A stretch of DNA of 63,900 nucleotides, counting the filler, from Bigelowiella natans CCMP2755 (lineage: Eukaryota; Protista; Cercozoa), in NCBI GenBank assembly GCA_000320545.1. It is 11 parts of 11 records of this genome, joined end to end, with 100 filler letters (N's around TTAATTAATTAA, not from the genome) between each part and the next. Parts side by side here need not be neighbours in the genome. Positions count along the whole stretch, not along the records: positions 22,607 to 44,874 come from ADNK01003393.1; positions 44,975 to 50,195 come from ADNK01002915.1; positions 50,296 to 54,776 come from ADNK01002022.1; 8 more parts are not named here. The stretch is one strand, 5' to 3'. Both the position numbers and the translations under genes were made by a program. Below the pieces are notes generated by a model. That model searched no databases, was not told where the DNA came from, and saw only the letters and a program-made list of their open reading frames with translations. Shown piece after piece: positions 38,368-51,319 of this stretch (position 1 is its first letter; each line of letters starts with the position of its first letter).

Positions 38368-39014
38368 CACATGCACATGCACATGCACGAAACGCACGCA
38401 AGTCACGTACGCAAGCGCGTGCACATGATGCCGCACCAATTTCCCGGCCCACATCCAATCTCGAGAATATCGAGATTGCCTTCAAAGCCACCGATACCAA
38501 GATTGGTGATGCATGACCACCTGCGGACAACGACGCACCCAAACATACGCACACAAAGAGATAGCGAGAAAGCCAGGGATAAGAGAGTAGGAGATTAGGG
38601 TTACGTGCGCGTTTGTGTTACACCAAAAAGCAGAGACAATCAAATTCTAAAAATGTAGTACATAATGTACAAACAAACAGCGCATGAACACGCATACGCA
38701 GCACGAAGATATCAACCCCGATGTTGTTGCCCAGTCCCCTAGCACACGATTGTATCCATCCGAAAACTCATCCCATTTCTTCAGAAGGCCTTCGAGGGTT
38801 GGGGCTGATGGTTTCTGTTCAAACCACTTTATCAACATCGTTCTCGCCATTACTATAACTCCCCTTCTTATCATCACTGTCCTTACCGAAGCGCATGGCA
38901 TTACCATCCATGTCAATGCTAACACGCGAGTGAATACACACACACACACACGCATACGCATACGCATATACGCGTATACGCACACGCTCGCACACCGACC
39001 TTCTCCTCCGCCAT
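37090..39014 (-). CDS. Class I SAM-dependent methyltransferase (Methyltransf_11/25-like), multi-exon
   Basis: MAEEK|KPSAP..WDEFSDGY|..ILEIGCGPG (motif I)|..ILATDYS|GEML..MDACDL..FHCLLSNLCLMLIP|DHMKAIKETARVLRPGG..|..VIVARKS*. Confidence 0.85.
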
Positions 39015-39434
39015 AGCTGCTCGTGGTCCAGGTCTCGGCTCCGGGAGATAAAAAAAAGAAGCCGATATTTCCACAATATTCCCTCAAAATCCATGCCGTT
39101 CAAGATAAACCGCATTCAAACATGATGGGCTTTGAGGAGATGAGCGGATCAAGCCCTGCGACAAGAACATCTCCAGGTTAAACTACCAAAAGGAAAGCCG
39201 ACCATCAGAATTTTTGCAGAGGCTCGTATTAATAGACGAAATCTGATCAATTATTACCCTGCGACAACCTAAATATCTCGTCGTAATGCAGTGAAACTAT
39301 CATCGCGTTTTCCTTCCCCGAATCTCCAATCATGCTCGAAGCCGGCCCCAGCCCAACGAGGCCAGCGCCGACGGCAAGAAGTCCTCAAATGAGATAGAGA
39401 GGAGAAAGATGAAACATTTATAACGTTCAGGGAA

Positions 39435-40448
39435 ATGCAGTATCAATACCTTCGCGCTTGTGCTTTTTGGTTATGTTTTGTGGCCTTTTTGTGTGCATGT
39501 TTAGCACGGAAGGGGCGAGGGGCTACCTCCAGAAGAACATCGGCTGATAGAGAGCCTGCAATGTCCGCCCCATCCACGCTTCCGCCACCGCCTCCTGTAG
39601 TCCATCTCGGCGAGAAGAAATCAGATTTAGGTTATTTGAAACTAATGGAATGTTCATAGTAAAAAAAACCGCCTTCAATGCTGACTCTCGATTGCTTCGT
39701 GCCCTTCCGATTCCCCCTCCCCCCCCCCCCCCCCCCTACCCGAACATTCTTCTGCATTTCGTAACTACGCAGAGCACTTTACGATCCCCAACCGGACGGT
39801 TAGCGTTGATAGTAGCAACTGGATGAAATTAAATGAGGAATACCACGAGGTGGTCAACGATTGTTTTTTGATAGTGATATGCTATTCTCACTCTCTCTCC
39901 CCGCCCCTCGCTCCCCCTCCCCGGATTCTTCTTTCCCAATCCGTTAAAAAATTATTTTCTCTGGCATCCTTCTCTTTCCTCTTCCTATCCTCATGATCTA
40001 TACATGATTTATACAGCAAGGGGTGGCTTCATCCTCGAGGTCTCCGGGGAGGCCGAAGAGAACGAAGATACCAATTATTCGCACACCTGCGCCATACAGT
40101 ACGTCATCATCACCTAAAATCGATCATAATCATCTGTCTTATTGTTCTATGCGTTATTTCTCTCCCCCCATCATCCACAATCGTACAACACCGTCGATGA
40201 TGCCATCACGCAACTCGGCCCTTCAGGTGGCAAGGCTGCGAAGAAGGCGTCTGTTATAATAACAGGCATAGCGCAGCACATCTACAATGAACCCAGCAGG
40301 TAAGTCGCCGATGACGGTGTTGTTGATGATATTGACACAGATCATGAGCACCATCATAAGCATGCACGTAAATCATAAAAATATTACATATAAATATATA
40401 TTCAAAGTTTTCTCAAACTGTAAGGACGTAAGCGTCTTAATACATGCC

Positions 40449-40479
<31 letters not shown>

Positions 40480-40781
40480 TCAGGGGACTGTACTTCTGCA
40501 AGAAGCACATGGCGGGTGTCACTCCACGAATACTAGCTGTGAAGGTCTCTCCTCCTCCCTTTGTATTCCCCAAACTGAAGCTGACCACACTCGTCCTAAA
40601 TTCGCCAAAAGAACTTACCCCCCCCCTCCCCCATATATACCATTATCCCCGCGCGCAGAAGGACACGGAGCAGCAGTTGGAAATCGTACAATCTTCTCTC
40701 GACGATATAGAAGCAAATAACATCCTCGTTGACAGCCTTGTGCGTCTTGGCCCTCAGGTAGAATTGGAGGGTCGGCGATGA
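39435..40781 (+). CDS. Hypothetical protein with signal peptide, multi-exon
   Basis: MQYQYLRACAFWLCFVAFLCACLA leader; exons bounded by cag/gt; last exon KDTEQQLEIV..VELEGRR*. Confidence 0.4.
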
Positions 40782-42348
40782 GATCCGGGAAGGGGGGGGG
40801 GGATAGGGAATTGTGGTGAAGAAATATACCGATAACATTTATCTAATTTGAAGCAATATTATGATTCGTCGCGAGAATAAGCTTGGGAAGGCTTTTTGCC
40901 TTTTCATTATCCGAAGTCTGCACATGACTCACCATCATCTATGGGATGATGAGATTTTATGGACGATCGTCGCTCCCCTTCCCCCCCCCCCCCTCCTTCC
41001 CCTGGCTCTGTACTATTAGAAATTCGACGGCATGAACACTACTCTTGAGCGTTTAATTCGGTTGATGCGCAGCAACAACACTAGTCCAGGGGTTTCTCAG
41101 GTTATATAAATAAATATATATATATATATATATATATAATGTAGTTTACAGCCATTATTTAGTCGGGAAGAAGAGAGGAATAGAGTTGAAGTGAGAGAGA
41201 GTATAAAAGACAAATCACGACGAATGTGAGATAACACGAAAACTTCTTTACGAGCCGCTCCTGGATTTGAACGAATCAAGTCCAAACGCTAGTTCCGTGC
41301 CCGTTGGGTCGGTGTTGATACGCGCTCTCTCTTTCCTCCTCAATTGTATTCATTGGCCTTTTCCTTGGATGGGGTTCCTTTTGTCCTCAAAATCGCTCGA
41401 ATTTTCGTGCCAACATCGAATCTTGGCTCCCGCGAGCAGAATAATCCCCGCAAAAATAGCCTATTTTTTTTGGGCCAAAAACATGCCACTTCCACGCCAA
41501 ATTAAGAGGTGTCAGCTTAGACTTCTCGTACCGATACGAATTTGAAATAGAGAGAGAGGGGGAGAGGGGGGGGGGGAGAGGGGGCAACAATGATGATCTG
41601 ATTTTCGTCCCTGTCTGTGTCTCTTCGTCGTCGCATCTTGTCAGGAATGGGGAGAGCCAGTTCAAACTCCACAGCAGCAGCAACGTAGTAGGGACCGTGC
41701 GCTTGTAAGAGCGACTTTCAAGTGATGATGCGACACAGATGATCGATCATGCAGAGCTACACCTACTATGCTTGACCTGCTACGTGGCCAGCATACGTAC
41801 ACGTACACGCGCGCAGAGGGAACATCAATGCCATCATAGTCCCCGCGCTTGCTGCACAATAAGACTGTAAACAATTTAAATTCTATAAAAGACGTGCCAA
41901 CATGTAACGTTCCTTAGCGCCAGATTTTGTTGCGCGCGGCATATTGGATGAGTGCGCTCTATATTTGATCGATGTTCGAAGGCGCCATCTAGCTATAGCT
42001 GTAGTAGCTGACAAGAGTCTATCATGCTGGATGGCGAGAAGTGGCCCTCATATATGTGTTTCATGGCGATTGTGAAACAAGAATGGAACATGCACACGCA
42101 GGTACGTGCATCATGTACGTAATGATTACGCATCAGACTAGCAGAGCCTCATATTCAATACACGATTGCTGCACTCTTATTACATGCAAGGCACATGCTA
42201 GCATGCATGTTGTGTGCATTGTGTTGCCATTTGCTAGATTTAGCGTTCCATGATTTTCCACAGCTACTACCTACACACAAACGCCCAAACAAAACACATC
42301 CCCGTAGTTTGCTAGACAAGCTCTAAAGCTGGGAGATCGATCGCACCA

Positions 42349-42659
42349 TCAGCTTTTCCTGTTTCTCCGATTATTATTATTCGCCTTGTTATTCTTCGCC
42401 CCCGCTCCATTTTTGCTGGGTTCGCTTGGCCTTCCTGCTTTTTTGCTCTTTGAAGGATCGAAAGACGCGCCGGAAATGGCCTTCAGCGAGGCAGCCCACT
42501 TCTCCCGCATCCAAGCCGTCGAGTCCCTGCTGCTGCTGCTGCTGCTGCTGCTGTTGATATGATGTTGGATGGGAACAATGTCGTTTATCGGTATTTCAAA
42601 CCAAAAAGAAAAAAAAAATGGATTATGGATTAATGAGGTTGGCTCGCGCATAATGCTCT

Positions 42660-42709
<50 letters not shown>

Positions 42710-42886
42710 TGTGTCCTTCTCTTCATCACCTCCCCTTCCCGCCCACGCCCTTTCCCTTTCTCAGCATCTCTCTCTCGGGCCACACTGCAGTTTCAACCTG
42801 CTGCTGCTAATCGATTTGCCATAGATATCAAGCATGCTCGTCGCATTCATCCCAATCCTTCCGAATATGCAAAAACATGGAACTCG

Positions 42887-42920
<34 letters not shown>

Positions 42921-43013
42921 CACATGCACATGCACATGCACGCAAGCAAAACTGTGCAAAGCATACTGTTTTGTGTCGCTGTCTATTTGTTTAAAGTGAA
43001 TTATATATATATT

Positions 43014-43054
<41 letters not shown>

Positions 43055-43208
43055 AAAATACATATTTACTATGTTACATTGTAAAAGTATTTTCATCTCC
43101 AATTTCCCTCGCACTGGCCTGGGTATAGCACATAGCATCGTCATCAACTCGCAGAAACCAACACGACTTCCAATAAATACATGTATGCACAACGCTCACG
43201 CATGGGCA

Positions 43209-43245
<37 letters not shown>

Positions 43246-43419
43246 TGATATGTGTGCGTGTATGTGTACGTATGTGTGTGTGCGTGTGTGTGTGTGTGTG
43301 TGTGTGCGACAACAAACCTGCGCTCGACTCGTAGCGGTTGCATACACACCAGCACTTTTCAAGTTGAAGGGCTCATTCTCGCTGATAAAGAGTACACACA
43401 CACACACACAGACACGTAT

Positions 43420-43456
<37 letters not shown>

Positions 43457-43839
43457 AGAGATAAAAACTCGCTGGCACTTTGCAAATATCTTTCTCGAGC
43501 TGCAACTGCACATTCTCTCTCTCCTTTTTATGTCCATTTCATTTCAAAGCCAACAAACACTTTTTTTAAAAAAATAGAGTATTCCGGAGCGCTTCATAAG
43601 CCTTGCCCTCCCCCACTCCTCTCCCCCCCCCCCCCCAGCAAACTGCCAGTCATATTACACTAAAATTTATTAAGAGGAGGGATGTTATCGAATCACCTGG
43701 GGCGAAATGCAAGCATCATTGTAAAGGCCAATTTGTGGTAGAGCTTGACCTGAGGATGAGCAGAGGAATAGGGGGAGACGGAAGAGGAGGGGGAGGAGTC
43801 GAAATTGATGATGGTGCGCACACACACACACACACACAC

Positions 43840-43880
<41 letters not shown>

Positions 43881-44655
43881 AAGCTGGATCATCATCTCAT
43901 CACCCTTTCTCATCACTTCGCACATGGTGCAACGATGACGCTTACAACTTCTTGTCAAGAGCACGCACACATGTGCATAACACTGCATGCAGCGACACGA
44001 TCGTTTCCAATCTTCTTCATCGGAGCGACAACTATCTCGTGCATATAGCCATAACGGTCCCCACGAGTGTCACCATGCATATTGACTGCAAAGCACGTGG
44101 GGCAGAGAAAGATGATGAAAGGGTAAAGGAGGAAAAAGGGCCTACAGCTTCCTCGTGCAGCCCGAGGTGACTTGACGCTATCAATCTAAAAGCACACACA
44201 TTCACATAACTCAAACGCAAAACACATCTGACACATATTCAAGTACATATTTTAATATAATATAATATATATATATATATATATATTTACATGTAAATTC
44301 AATAATAATAATTTGCATGCCGTACCTGAATACTTGTGCTTTGTGCGTTAAGCGCTCCGCTGATGCCGTGGCCGCTGCTACTAAATGGCTTCGTCGGCGA
44401 GGTTGTTCAAACGTTGATATGGTGTACGTGACGATTTTTTGGAGATCGTGTTCTAACTCTAGAATCAAGCCGTATTCCTGAATATGTGTGTTTGTGTGAG
44501 TGTGTGTTTTGGTAAACATTAATCTATTTGTTGGAGATATATACATATATGGCTAATACAGAAATATTAAATTACCAACATATTAGTAAAACCTAATATA
44601 CGTCGCTGTATAACTGAAAGCTCGATTTTTGTATTGAAACACACACACACACACG

Positions 44656-44703
<48 letters not shown>

Positions 44704-44874
44704 ATATATACAGAAAATACAAGGTGCCGGCATCTATGAGCGTGGCACGTTCATAATGTCTTTCCAATCAAACTCGTACCTTTGCCTCGAGGCAAACATG
44801 CATAGTATCGATATAGAGCTCCACGTCAACCTCTCCTGCAACGACATTGTAGCCAAGAACTCCCAAAGTTATAC
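42349..44874 (-). CDS. 3' part of a hypothetical multi-exon gene
   Basis: Short exon-like segments between microsatellite-containing introns (EYGLILELEHDLQKIV.., RVDDDAMCYTQ.., last exon ..WMREKWAASLKAISG..RKS*). No family recognised. Confidence 0.35.
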
Positions 44875-44999
44875 NNNNNNNNNNNNNNNNNNNNNNNNNN
44901 NNNNNNNNNNNNNNNNNNTTAATTAATTAANNNNNNNNNNNNNNNNNNNNNNNNNNNNNNNNNNNNNNNNNNNNCTACAGGGCATACACACATGATGGG

Positions 45000-47342
45000 A
45001 TGGCGTCTGTGTTGTGGGTGTTTGTGTTTGTGTATGTGGATGATGACATAATATGTACCAACACAGTCGTCGCTCAGATCTTCCTCCTGGAAAATATATT
45101 TATTAGGTTTGCACACTTCGGTTTTACTATTAGACTGCAGAAGTGTACATTCCTAGCTACAAGAATCAAGTGGTGTGGATATTACCTGGAGCAAGGCCGC
45201 ATCACCCCAAACCCCGAGAAAGTAGCAGCACTACAGCAAGCCCCTAAACCTAAGAATGCAAAGGAGTTAAAGTCATTCTTGCAGACTGCAGCTTGGATAC
45301 TACGTAGGTTCTCCCCTACCTACGCTAGGACTGCAGCTGCTTTTACTACTGCTTACCGGAAGGAGAACTCTGTAGGCCTCAGCTTCGCTAAGGTGTGGGC
45401 CAAGGCTGGCCTTGATGCCCACTTCGATAACCTAATAAAGTTATGCAGCAACACCCTATTGAATGCTAAGCTAGACACTACTAGACCAGCTACCCTATGG
45501 ACAGACTGGTCTAAGCTAGGTATGGCTGCTGTACTTACCCAAGACCAGCAGATCATACGGGTGTGGGGCAGGGCCTGCACAGCAGCTGAGGCCAAGTACA
45601 GCCCTACAAAAGGAGAGTATAAAGCCATGACTGAGGCGCAGAGGAAACTAAGATACTACCTGCTGTCGGTGCCCAGCTTCACCTTAATGACTGACCACAA
45701 GCCCCTCCTAGGCATCGACCGCAAGCTCGAAGCGCCTAACGATGAGTATGCAGCTATGAGGGCGGACACGGAAGAGTTTAGGGACAAGAGGACAGTGGTC
45801 TACGCACCAGGAGACAAGCAGCTTGCTGACTATTTCAGCAGGCTGTTCGAAAAGAAAGTCCCTACCCAGGTCACCCCTATGGTTAACGCGATTACCTTCG
45901 AGGACGGCGACTTCCTGCCTGAGCCAGAGGAGCTCCAGCACCTTCAAGAACACCTGGATAAATACAAACACAAGCATGAGGTACTTAGTGATAGGATATA
46001 TGTATACACTAATAATGTTAGGCGTACCTACGTGCCACGGCGGACCAGGGGAGCCCTTCTCTTTACCGCCCATGGACCTGCACACGTAGGAGAAAACCAT
46101 ATCACTGCTCTACTCTACCATTACTACTGGCCCTACAAGCTAAAAGAGATAAGGACATACCTGCGTGGCTGCAGGTGCTCCAGCTTGAAGGCGGCAGGCG
46201 TCGCCACCAAGGAGTCCAGCAAGAGCCGTGCATCTAAGAAAATCAAAGCAAGGAACTTCTTAGATATCGTGCAAATTGATGTTTATAAGTACGATGGCTA
46301 TCACTACCTTACCTTCGTTGATGTGGCCACTGGAAAGTGCTGGGTTAAAAAGATTATCAAGGTCAACGTTGCTAAGAAGAACAAAGGCTTATATAAGCAG
46401 AGGCTTACTAACTGCTACCGTACCTGGGAGTCTGAGCTCCAGGCTATCCCTGATGAAGTTAGCATAAACAAGATACCAAAGAAGTTACATGTGGATAATG
46501 AGACCTCTCTTCTACAGCTACCACACCCTAATATTGATGCCTCACCTGTATACTATGCCCAGTCCAACTCCAAGGTAGAGCGACTCCACCGCACCTTGGC
46601 CAACCTAAGCAGGATAAATAGCACCACACCAGACAAGATACAAGGGTTAGTAAACGACACCTTCACGTCTGGGGGAGGTATCAAGGATAAGGAGAGGGAA
46701 GAAGGCGACGACAACGACGACGATACCGAGAGCGAAGACGAGAAGGTCCCGTACGATGGCCGAGTTCTAAAGGAAGGACAGTATGTTAGGGCCAAGGTAA
46801 ATCTGAGATCGAGAAATAAACAAGACCCCTTCTGGGGTGGCGTTGCAAAGGTTACCGAGAGGAAGGGGAGGAAGCAGTACTACATCTATGATGGGAACAG
46901 GGTCACCTTGCGCCACATCAGTCACCTAAAGAATTATGATATCGGTGAGAAGCTCCTAGAGGATGTTAAAGTAAACCCTACTGTGTGGGAGCGAGCAATG
47001 CCTTGTTTAGGACCCCGACCTAAGTTCGATGTGGAATATGGAAACAATAAGGTCAGGGTGAACGACGATTGGCGCATGAAGATTGTCTATCTAGGCTACC
47101 CTGGATTACGAAATATGGAGAGGGTAGCTATGAAAATAAAGGACGGAAAATATCAGCTACTCTACCTAGCTGTTCCCGACTTACCCTTTGAGCACTGGTA
47201 TAAGGTCCTGGGGGACCTTGATGCAGAGGGCTGGTATGGACACGAACCTAAGGACGAAGGTGAGTTCTGGGTAAGCGACAAAGGAGATAAGGTTAGAGAG
47301 GAATCTATTACCTGGTGGTTGGTGAAGTTCCGAAAGCGATGA
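45000..47342 (+). CDS. pol: Ty3/Gypsy pol (RT C-term, RNase H, integrase, GPY/F-like region, C-terminal Dam-like domain); 5' end lost at gap
   Basis: YVDD (RT), LWTDWSKLGMAAVLTQ and FTLMTDHKPL (RNase H), AHGPAHVG..CRC (zinc finger), VQID/HVDN/SNSKVERLHRTL (DDE). Domain order RT-RH-INT; uninterrupted 780 aa. Confidence 0.92.
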   Translation: MASVLWVFVFVYVDDDIICTNTVVAQIFLLENIFIRFAHFGFTIRLQKCTFLATRIKWCGYYLEQGRITPNPEKVAALQQAPKPKNAKELKSFLQTAAWILRRFSPTYARTAAAFTTAYRKENSVGLSFAKVWAKAGLDAHFDNLIKLCSNTLLNAKLDTTRPATLWTDWSKLGMAAVLTQDQQIIRVWGRACTAAEAKYSPTKGEYKAMTEAQRKLRYYLLSVPSFTLMTDHKPLLGIDRKLEAPNDEYAAMRADTEEFRDKRTVVYAPGDKQLADYFSRLFEKKVPTQVTPMVNAITFEDGDFLPEPEELQHLQEHLDKYKHKHEVLSDRIYVYTNNVRRTYVPRRTRGALLFTAHGPAHVGENHITALLYHYYWPYKLKEIRTYLRGCRCSSLKAAGVATKESSKSRASKKIKARNFLDIVQIDVYKYDGYHYLTFVDVATGKCWVKKIIKVNVAKKNKGLYKQRLTNCYRTWESELQAIPDEVSINKIPKKLHVDNETSLLQLPHPNIDASPVYYAQSNSKVERLHRTLANLSRINSTTPDKIQGLVNDTFTSGGGIKDKEREEGDDNDDDTESEDEKVPYDGRVLKEGQYVRAKVNLRSRNKQDPFWGGVAKVTERKGRKQYYIYDGNRVTLRHISHLKNYDIGEKLLEDVKVNPTVWERAMPCLGPRPKFDVEYGNNKVRVNDDWRMKIVYLGYPGLRNMERVAMKIKDGKYQLLYLAVPDLPFEHWYKVLGDLDAEGWYGHEPKDEGEFWVSDKGDKVREESITWWLVKFRKR

Positions 47343-47393
47343 AGGTCTAAGGGAATAAGGAAGGAAGGAAGGAGCAACGTGACTTGGGGGAGG

Positions 47394-47719
47394 TGTAGCG
47401 CGTACCACTACGCGGGCACAAGTCACGTGCGACAACAAAGGGGTTGTCGCGGATATAGAATATAGATAACGTAGATATTAATACAGCATAGGCACGTGGG
47501 TTCCGGCGGGACTCATGGCAGCACACCGGAAGTGTGCTGCCCCACGTGCGGCGGCATTCGCGAAAGCTTCGCGAATGATTACGCAGTGCACGATTTAATA
47601 AAAATATAATCTTTAATAAAAATAAACACAACTCTTCAAAAGGAAGCAAACGTGCCTTTCCCCCCCCCTGCCTACTTGTGCACGTAGCGCCTCGGCCTGT
47701 GAACACCTTACGCGCAACA
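47394..47719 (+). mobile_element. 3' LTR of the Gypsy element (326 bp), preceded by polypurine tract
   Basis: Purine-rich tract after the stop ending GGGGGAGG, then TGTAGCGCGTA...TACGCGCAACA (10/11 terminal inverted repeat, TG..CA); internal AATAAA motifs. Confidence 0.8.
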
Positions 47720-48162
47720 ACCTCAAGATTCAAGATTCGTTCCCTTCATGATTCAAGACCTCGAAGAAAATGTGGGTGGACTCTGGGTGGAGTTGTTGCT
47801 TCGAAGTACAGCAGACATCTCACAATTCGAGTGCGGTGACTAATTCGTATTTACAGCTGTCGCAGCACTGAAATTGATCCCTTTTTCTACATGGATTCGC
47901 TTGCACTGCTGCTTGGATTCATTCTTGAATGAATCCTTGGCGAGGGATGTGGCGGAAGTCGGATCTTTTGGCATTGAAAGTATGTCGCGGGATAAAAAAT
48001 AAGGGCATTTTTGCCCAGGGAGTGGATGTAGTTGTACTTTGACCCCTTGAACCCCTTCACTTTCCATCCCCACCCTCGTCCCGGCGATACACCTGAGGAC
48101 GGGAAATCTGGAAACGTGGCCACGGAAATATTTCTTTCCAAGTTTTAGAGGGCTAGGAAAGG

Positions 48163-48973
48163 ATGTGGAGTGGTCGGTGGGCGGCCATCCCGGGCTTTTT
48201 GCTGCTCTCGATAGTAGGGCCAGAACATGCTCAAGCTTTAATAGTCGAGGACGGCCAAGGCCATGTCAACACATTCACGCAAACCACCGCAAGCTTCGGC
48301 CTGCAATTGGTATGATTATTTTTTTTCTACCAGTATTAACCACAAGTTTTTGTTGAAACGTGCTTGTGCTGCTTCCGCTTCTATTTTTGGAAAGTGCGAT
48401 CGATGATTTTCCACCCACTCTAGCGAAGTATACAGTGCTGTGGCATGATGATAATAAGCCCTGAGTGACAATATTACTGAAGTTACTATGAATATTTAAT
48501 ACTGATGAAGTTACTATGAAGAATTATCTTGTGGAATTTACCTGAGAAAGTTTTACGCGTTCTTACTACAGCAAGATATGCACATATCATCATCATCATC
48601 ATCATCACCCATGAATCTTGATGGTTATTGTCATTAGCCATACAATGTTTCTGGGTCCCTCTTCTTCGTCGACGAGGTGAGATGTAGGAATATCTTTAAA
48701 TGAGAGCCCCCAATACGAAGGGAAAAAGAGCATCATTTCACAACAAATCGCGTCTGTCATACTGATATTGTTCTATTTGTCTTAATTCCACAACGTGATA
48801 ATTTCCTCCTTCGTTCTTGTCTCCTCCCCCCATCTATATTTTTTGTGCAGATATCTCCGCAAGATCCGTATGGATGTTTTTCCTTCGATTCACAGTCACG
48901 CTCAGTTCTTGGCGGAAGTATTGCCCTCGTCATCTCCACCAGGGACTGCCCTTACTCGGTAGTAACAAGTAGC

Positions 48974-49021
<48 letters not shown>

Positions 49022-49519
49022 CCCCCCCCCCTCAATCCCCAATGTGCGCAGTGTTTATTTAGTGGATTACTTGATATGTGCCACTGTTCTCCATGAGGTC
49101 GACTGCGAACGTGCTCGCGTGGTTTGGTTGTATGCAGATGCAAGTACTCAACGCCCAAACAGCTGGAGCAATAGGGATAATAGTCGGAGGTGCCGCTACA
49201 TTGCTCTTTCTATTGTTAACTGCCACCGCCGCAGTGCTGCTGCCTCATTTTCCTGAGGACCGCAGCAAGCCGCATGCTATATAATTGTGCGGAACGAGTG
49301 TGAAATGACGCGTGGTATATCGGAGAGCGGACGGACCCCACTTTCCCCCTCCTCTTCTTCTTCTTCTTCTTCTTCAGATTCCTCACGATGTGTGTTGCTG
49401 CGTATGATAACCACCGTATCAGGGGGCAGCGGCAATAATGACTTATTGCGTATGGGATGTAACGCCGATTACTGTAACAATATCACCATCCCCGCGGTGT
49501 ACGTGACAGGTGGGGAGGG

Positions 49520-49563
<44 letters not shown>

Positions 49564-49732
49564 ATATGCTTTCATCAACAAGCACAGACTACTCCCTTAA
49601 CACTATGTTCTACTCCTTCTTCTTCTCTCCGCCTCCCGCCCTCCTCCCCCCCTCCCCTTGCTGTTCCCGCAGAAACGACAGTGGCAGCGATAAAGGAAAC
49701 CTTCGCCCCAAGATTAGCTACCGTCAATGCTG
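48163..49732 (+). CDS. Secreted/membrane PA (protease-associated) domain protein, 5' part
   Basis: Signal peptide MWSGRWAAIPGFLLLSIVG, TASFG, DPYGC..GSIALVISTRDCPYS|..VLNAQTAGAIGIIVG|..NITIPAVYVT match the PA domain consensus. Confidence 0.75.
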
Positions 49733-50019
49733 TAAGTAGTGATGTGTAGTAGTAGCAAGAGGAGGAGGAGGGGGCGACAGGGAGAAGTACGAATGATTTC
49801 TACGACAACTCTAGGAGAAGATGTGAGAAGTAAATCTCCCCCCCCCCCCCGCCCTCTTTTCCCACTCTTCTCCCCTCTCTGCTGTTCCTGATAAAAATTG
49901 GGGAAAACGAACCCAAGGACCCAACTCCCCCCCAAAAACTCCCATTCTTCCCAATGGGCCGTTATTTAAAAAAAAAAAGGGTGAATGGGTGTGTGTGTGG
50001 GCCTGTGTGTGTGTGTGGG

Positions 50020-50057
<38 letters not shown>

Positions 50058-50063
50058 CCAAAC

Positions 50064-50101
<38 letters not shown>

Positions 50102-50352
50102 TCTCCTTTTTCATCATCATCCTCATCATCCTCAGCCTCATTATTAACATCATCAAAAATTCCCCTTCCCGGGGGTCCTTTACATCCCCAACCCGNNNNN
50201 NNNNNNNNNNNNNNNNNNNNNNNNNNNNNNNNNNNNNNNTTAATTAATTAANNNNNNNNNNNNNNNNNNNNNNNNNNNNNNNNNNNNNNNNNNNNGTCGG
50301 GGGAGGTGAAAAACCATGTGATAGCCACGTCAATACAACATAAATTATAATG

Positions 50353-50395
<43 letters not shown>

Positions 50396-50470
50396 ATTTG
50401 TATGCATGAAGAATCGAAAGAAATCATATTCGCCCCGCCGATCATCTATCGCATGCGACTACGCAAATAG

Positions 50471-50680
50471 GTGATGACGGACGGCGGGTTGGTGGTTCTT
50501 GAAGGCGGCGTGTGTCCCAAAGCGCGCGAGTTCCTCGCAGTGCGCGGCCATAAGCTTGCCAAAGGCCCGAATGGGGGTGGGTACCAAGGCATCATGGTGA
50601 AGGATCACGATGATGCAAACAAGCGCGTGTACATTGGCGCCTCAGAGATGAGGAAGGATGGGCAGGCCTCTGGCTTCTAG
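50471..50680 (+). CDS. ggt: Gamma-glutamyltransferase, final exon
   Basis: LAVRGH..GGYQGIM..VYIGASEMRKDGQASGF* is the typical GGT C-terminus. Confidence 0.8.
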   Translation: MMTDGGLVVLEGGVCPKAREFLAVRGHKLAKGPNGGGYQGIMVKDHDDANKRVYIGASEMRKDGQASGF

Positions 50681-51319
50681 AGCGCGATGAACGTGCGTGA
50701 CGCATGCACAATTTAGTCATTAGAAATTATTCCCTCAATAGCTCTGTACAAATCAGGGATGAGTGCTGCATTTTTCCTCGCCGGGCAAGCATGCTCACAA
50801 AATAATGCCATGGACAAGTGCAATGTGCCGCTCTGCAGCTACTTGTATTGACTCACGGTAATGGAGGGCGCAACGCGAGAGCCCAATTGACCATTAATGG
50901 CATGCACACTGCCTACCAGCCTAGCTATCTTCAAGCAATGAGCGCGTCACAGTCACGTTGCCAAGTACTCGTATAAGTTCATGTTCGGCTGACATTTGCC
51001 TTCACAAACCACGCTAGCACGTGAATCTGCCAACGAAGGTCGCACTGATCAAACGTCTAAAGCGCGCAGCTACATTATGCGGCGCGCGCGCAGCCTAGCA
51101 GGCTAGCATATAGTGTTATCGCTAGCTGTGGCATCGCATCATTGTGTATTATTGGGTCGCACATTATAACATTCGGCGTTGTAGCCTATTATTGCAGAGC
51201 GCAGAGACGCATGACCATACACAGTATTATCAGTAGTAAGTCGAGTGCGTATAGGGGGTTTCTTCAAAATGAACATAAAAATACATCAATAAAACACATA
51301 ATACATCATCTAATGCTAA

